From NCBI GenBank assembly GCA_964016885.1, contig OZ024746.1:25916001-25980000 (forward strand): a stretch of DNA of 64,000 nucleotides, read 5' to 3'. This DNA is from Eledone cirrhosa (taxonomy: Eukaryota). Position numbers and translations under genes: made by a program. The stretch's first letter is position 1, and the number at the start of each line of letters is the position of its first letter. Shown here piece by piece: positions 63,234-64,000 of this stretch. Below the pieces are notes generated by a model. It worked only from the letters and a program-made list of their open reading frames with translations. It had not been told where the DNA came from and ran no database searches.

Positions 63234-64000
63234 CCCTCATCATCATTTAACATCTGTTTTCCTTGCTATCAAGGGTTTGACAGGTCATCACAGACCAAGT
63301 CAGTACAATCAGAGTTTCTGATCTGGGACCTACTTCTCACTTACACACATCCCCACAGTCTATATGTTCTCTACTCTAGTTTTCACTCATGTACTAAACT
63401 TACACTTTACCAGCTTTACCAAAACACTCCTAACCATATATTTCACAATACTTCATATAAACTATATTACCCCCATTTTAATATGGTTATTGCATTCAAC
63501 TAACTTCTTCATATAACATTGAAATATAGAATAGAAAGTATCTTAGTAATTTCTGTTCCATATTATTGTGCTTATGCATTCAGTATTTATATGTGGAAAC
63601 ATTGTAATATTTTCCTTCAGAGAAGATAAAATATAACAGCTTTTAAATTAATAACATGTCTCTCTCTCTTTCAATAAGAACGGTTTTTATTTCTAGAAGA
63701 GAGAGAGGAAATAAAGCTTGAAGCATTATACAACTGGTATTCCTATTATTAATAAAAGATAGATGCAGTGTGAGAAAGCACAAAAACCACTAAAATAGAC
63801 TCTACAGAACATCTACATTAGTTCTTTATTGACTGTATTACCTCCGTTCTATTTTACAGAAATAAAATACACTAGCTGACCCTACGAAAACTCCATCATT
63901 CAGTTAGAAACAACCACTAAGTATTAGAGATCAATATGACATTCTAAATGTTTTGTTTATAAGTTATTATATGCGTATATATATATATTTTTTTTTGTGT

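Overview
This is eukaryotic, AT-rich, repeat-dense animal DNA. The (TA)n/(GAT)n microsatellites, RTE LINEs and tRNA-derived SINEs look like a coleoid cephalopod (Octopus-like) genome; that assignment is inference, not a database result. Only one host protein-coding gene is supportable: a minus-strand tyrosylprotein sulfotransferase (TPST) with two coding exons, 53643/53679-52817 and 50887-50533, joined by a phase-2 GT-AG intron. The rest is mobile and repeat DNA: (i) young RTE-clade LINE copies of two subfamilies, inserted into (TA)n tracts, ending in (GAT)n, and carrying a C4HC3 PHD-like finger inside the RT domain; (ii) tRNA-head SINEs that share the LINE 3' tail; (iii) a bipartite non-autonomous RTE derivative; (iv) an internally deleted Buster/Charlie-type hAT transposon with TIRs and an 8-bp TSD; (v) R4/Dong-clade and mariner remnants; (vi) TTAA (piggyBac-like) and Tc1/mariner-like MITEs; (vii) several minisatellites, including a ~41 x 43-bp array grown out of a SINE. 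There is no CRISPR, rRNA or bona fide tRNA gene. Most long ORFs in the track are microsatellite artefacts. The best candidate for an undescribed system is the PHD-bearing, microsatellite-targeting RTE with its modular, swappable 3' tails shared with SINEs.
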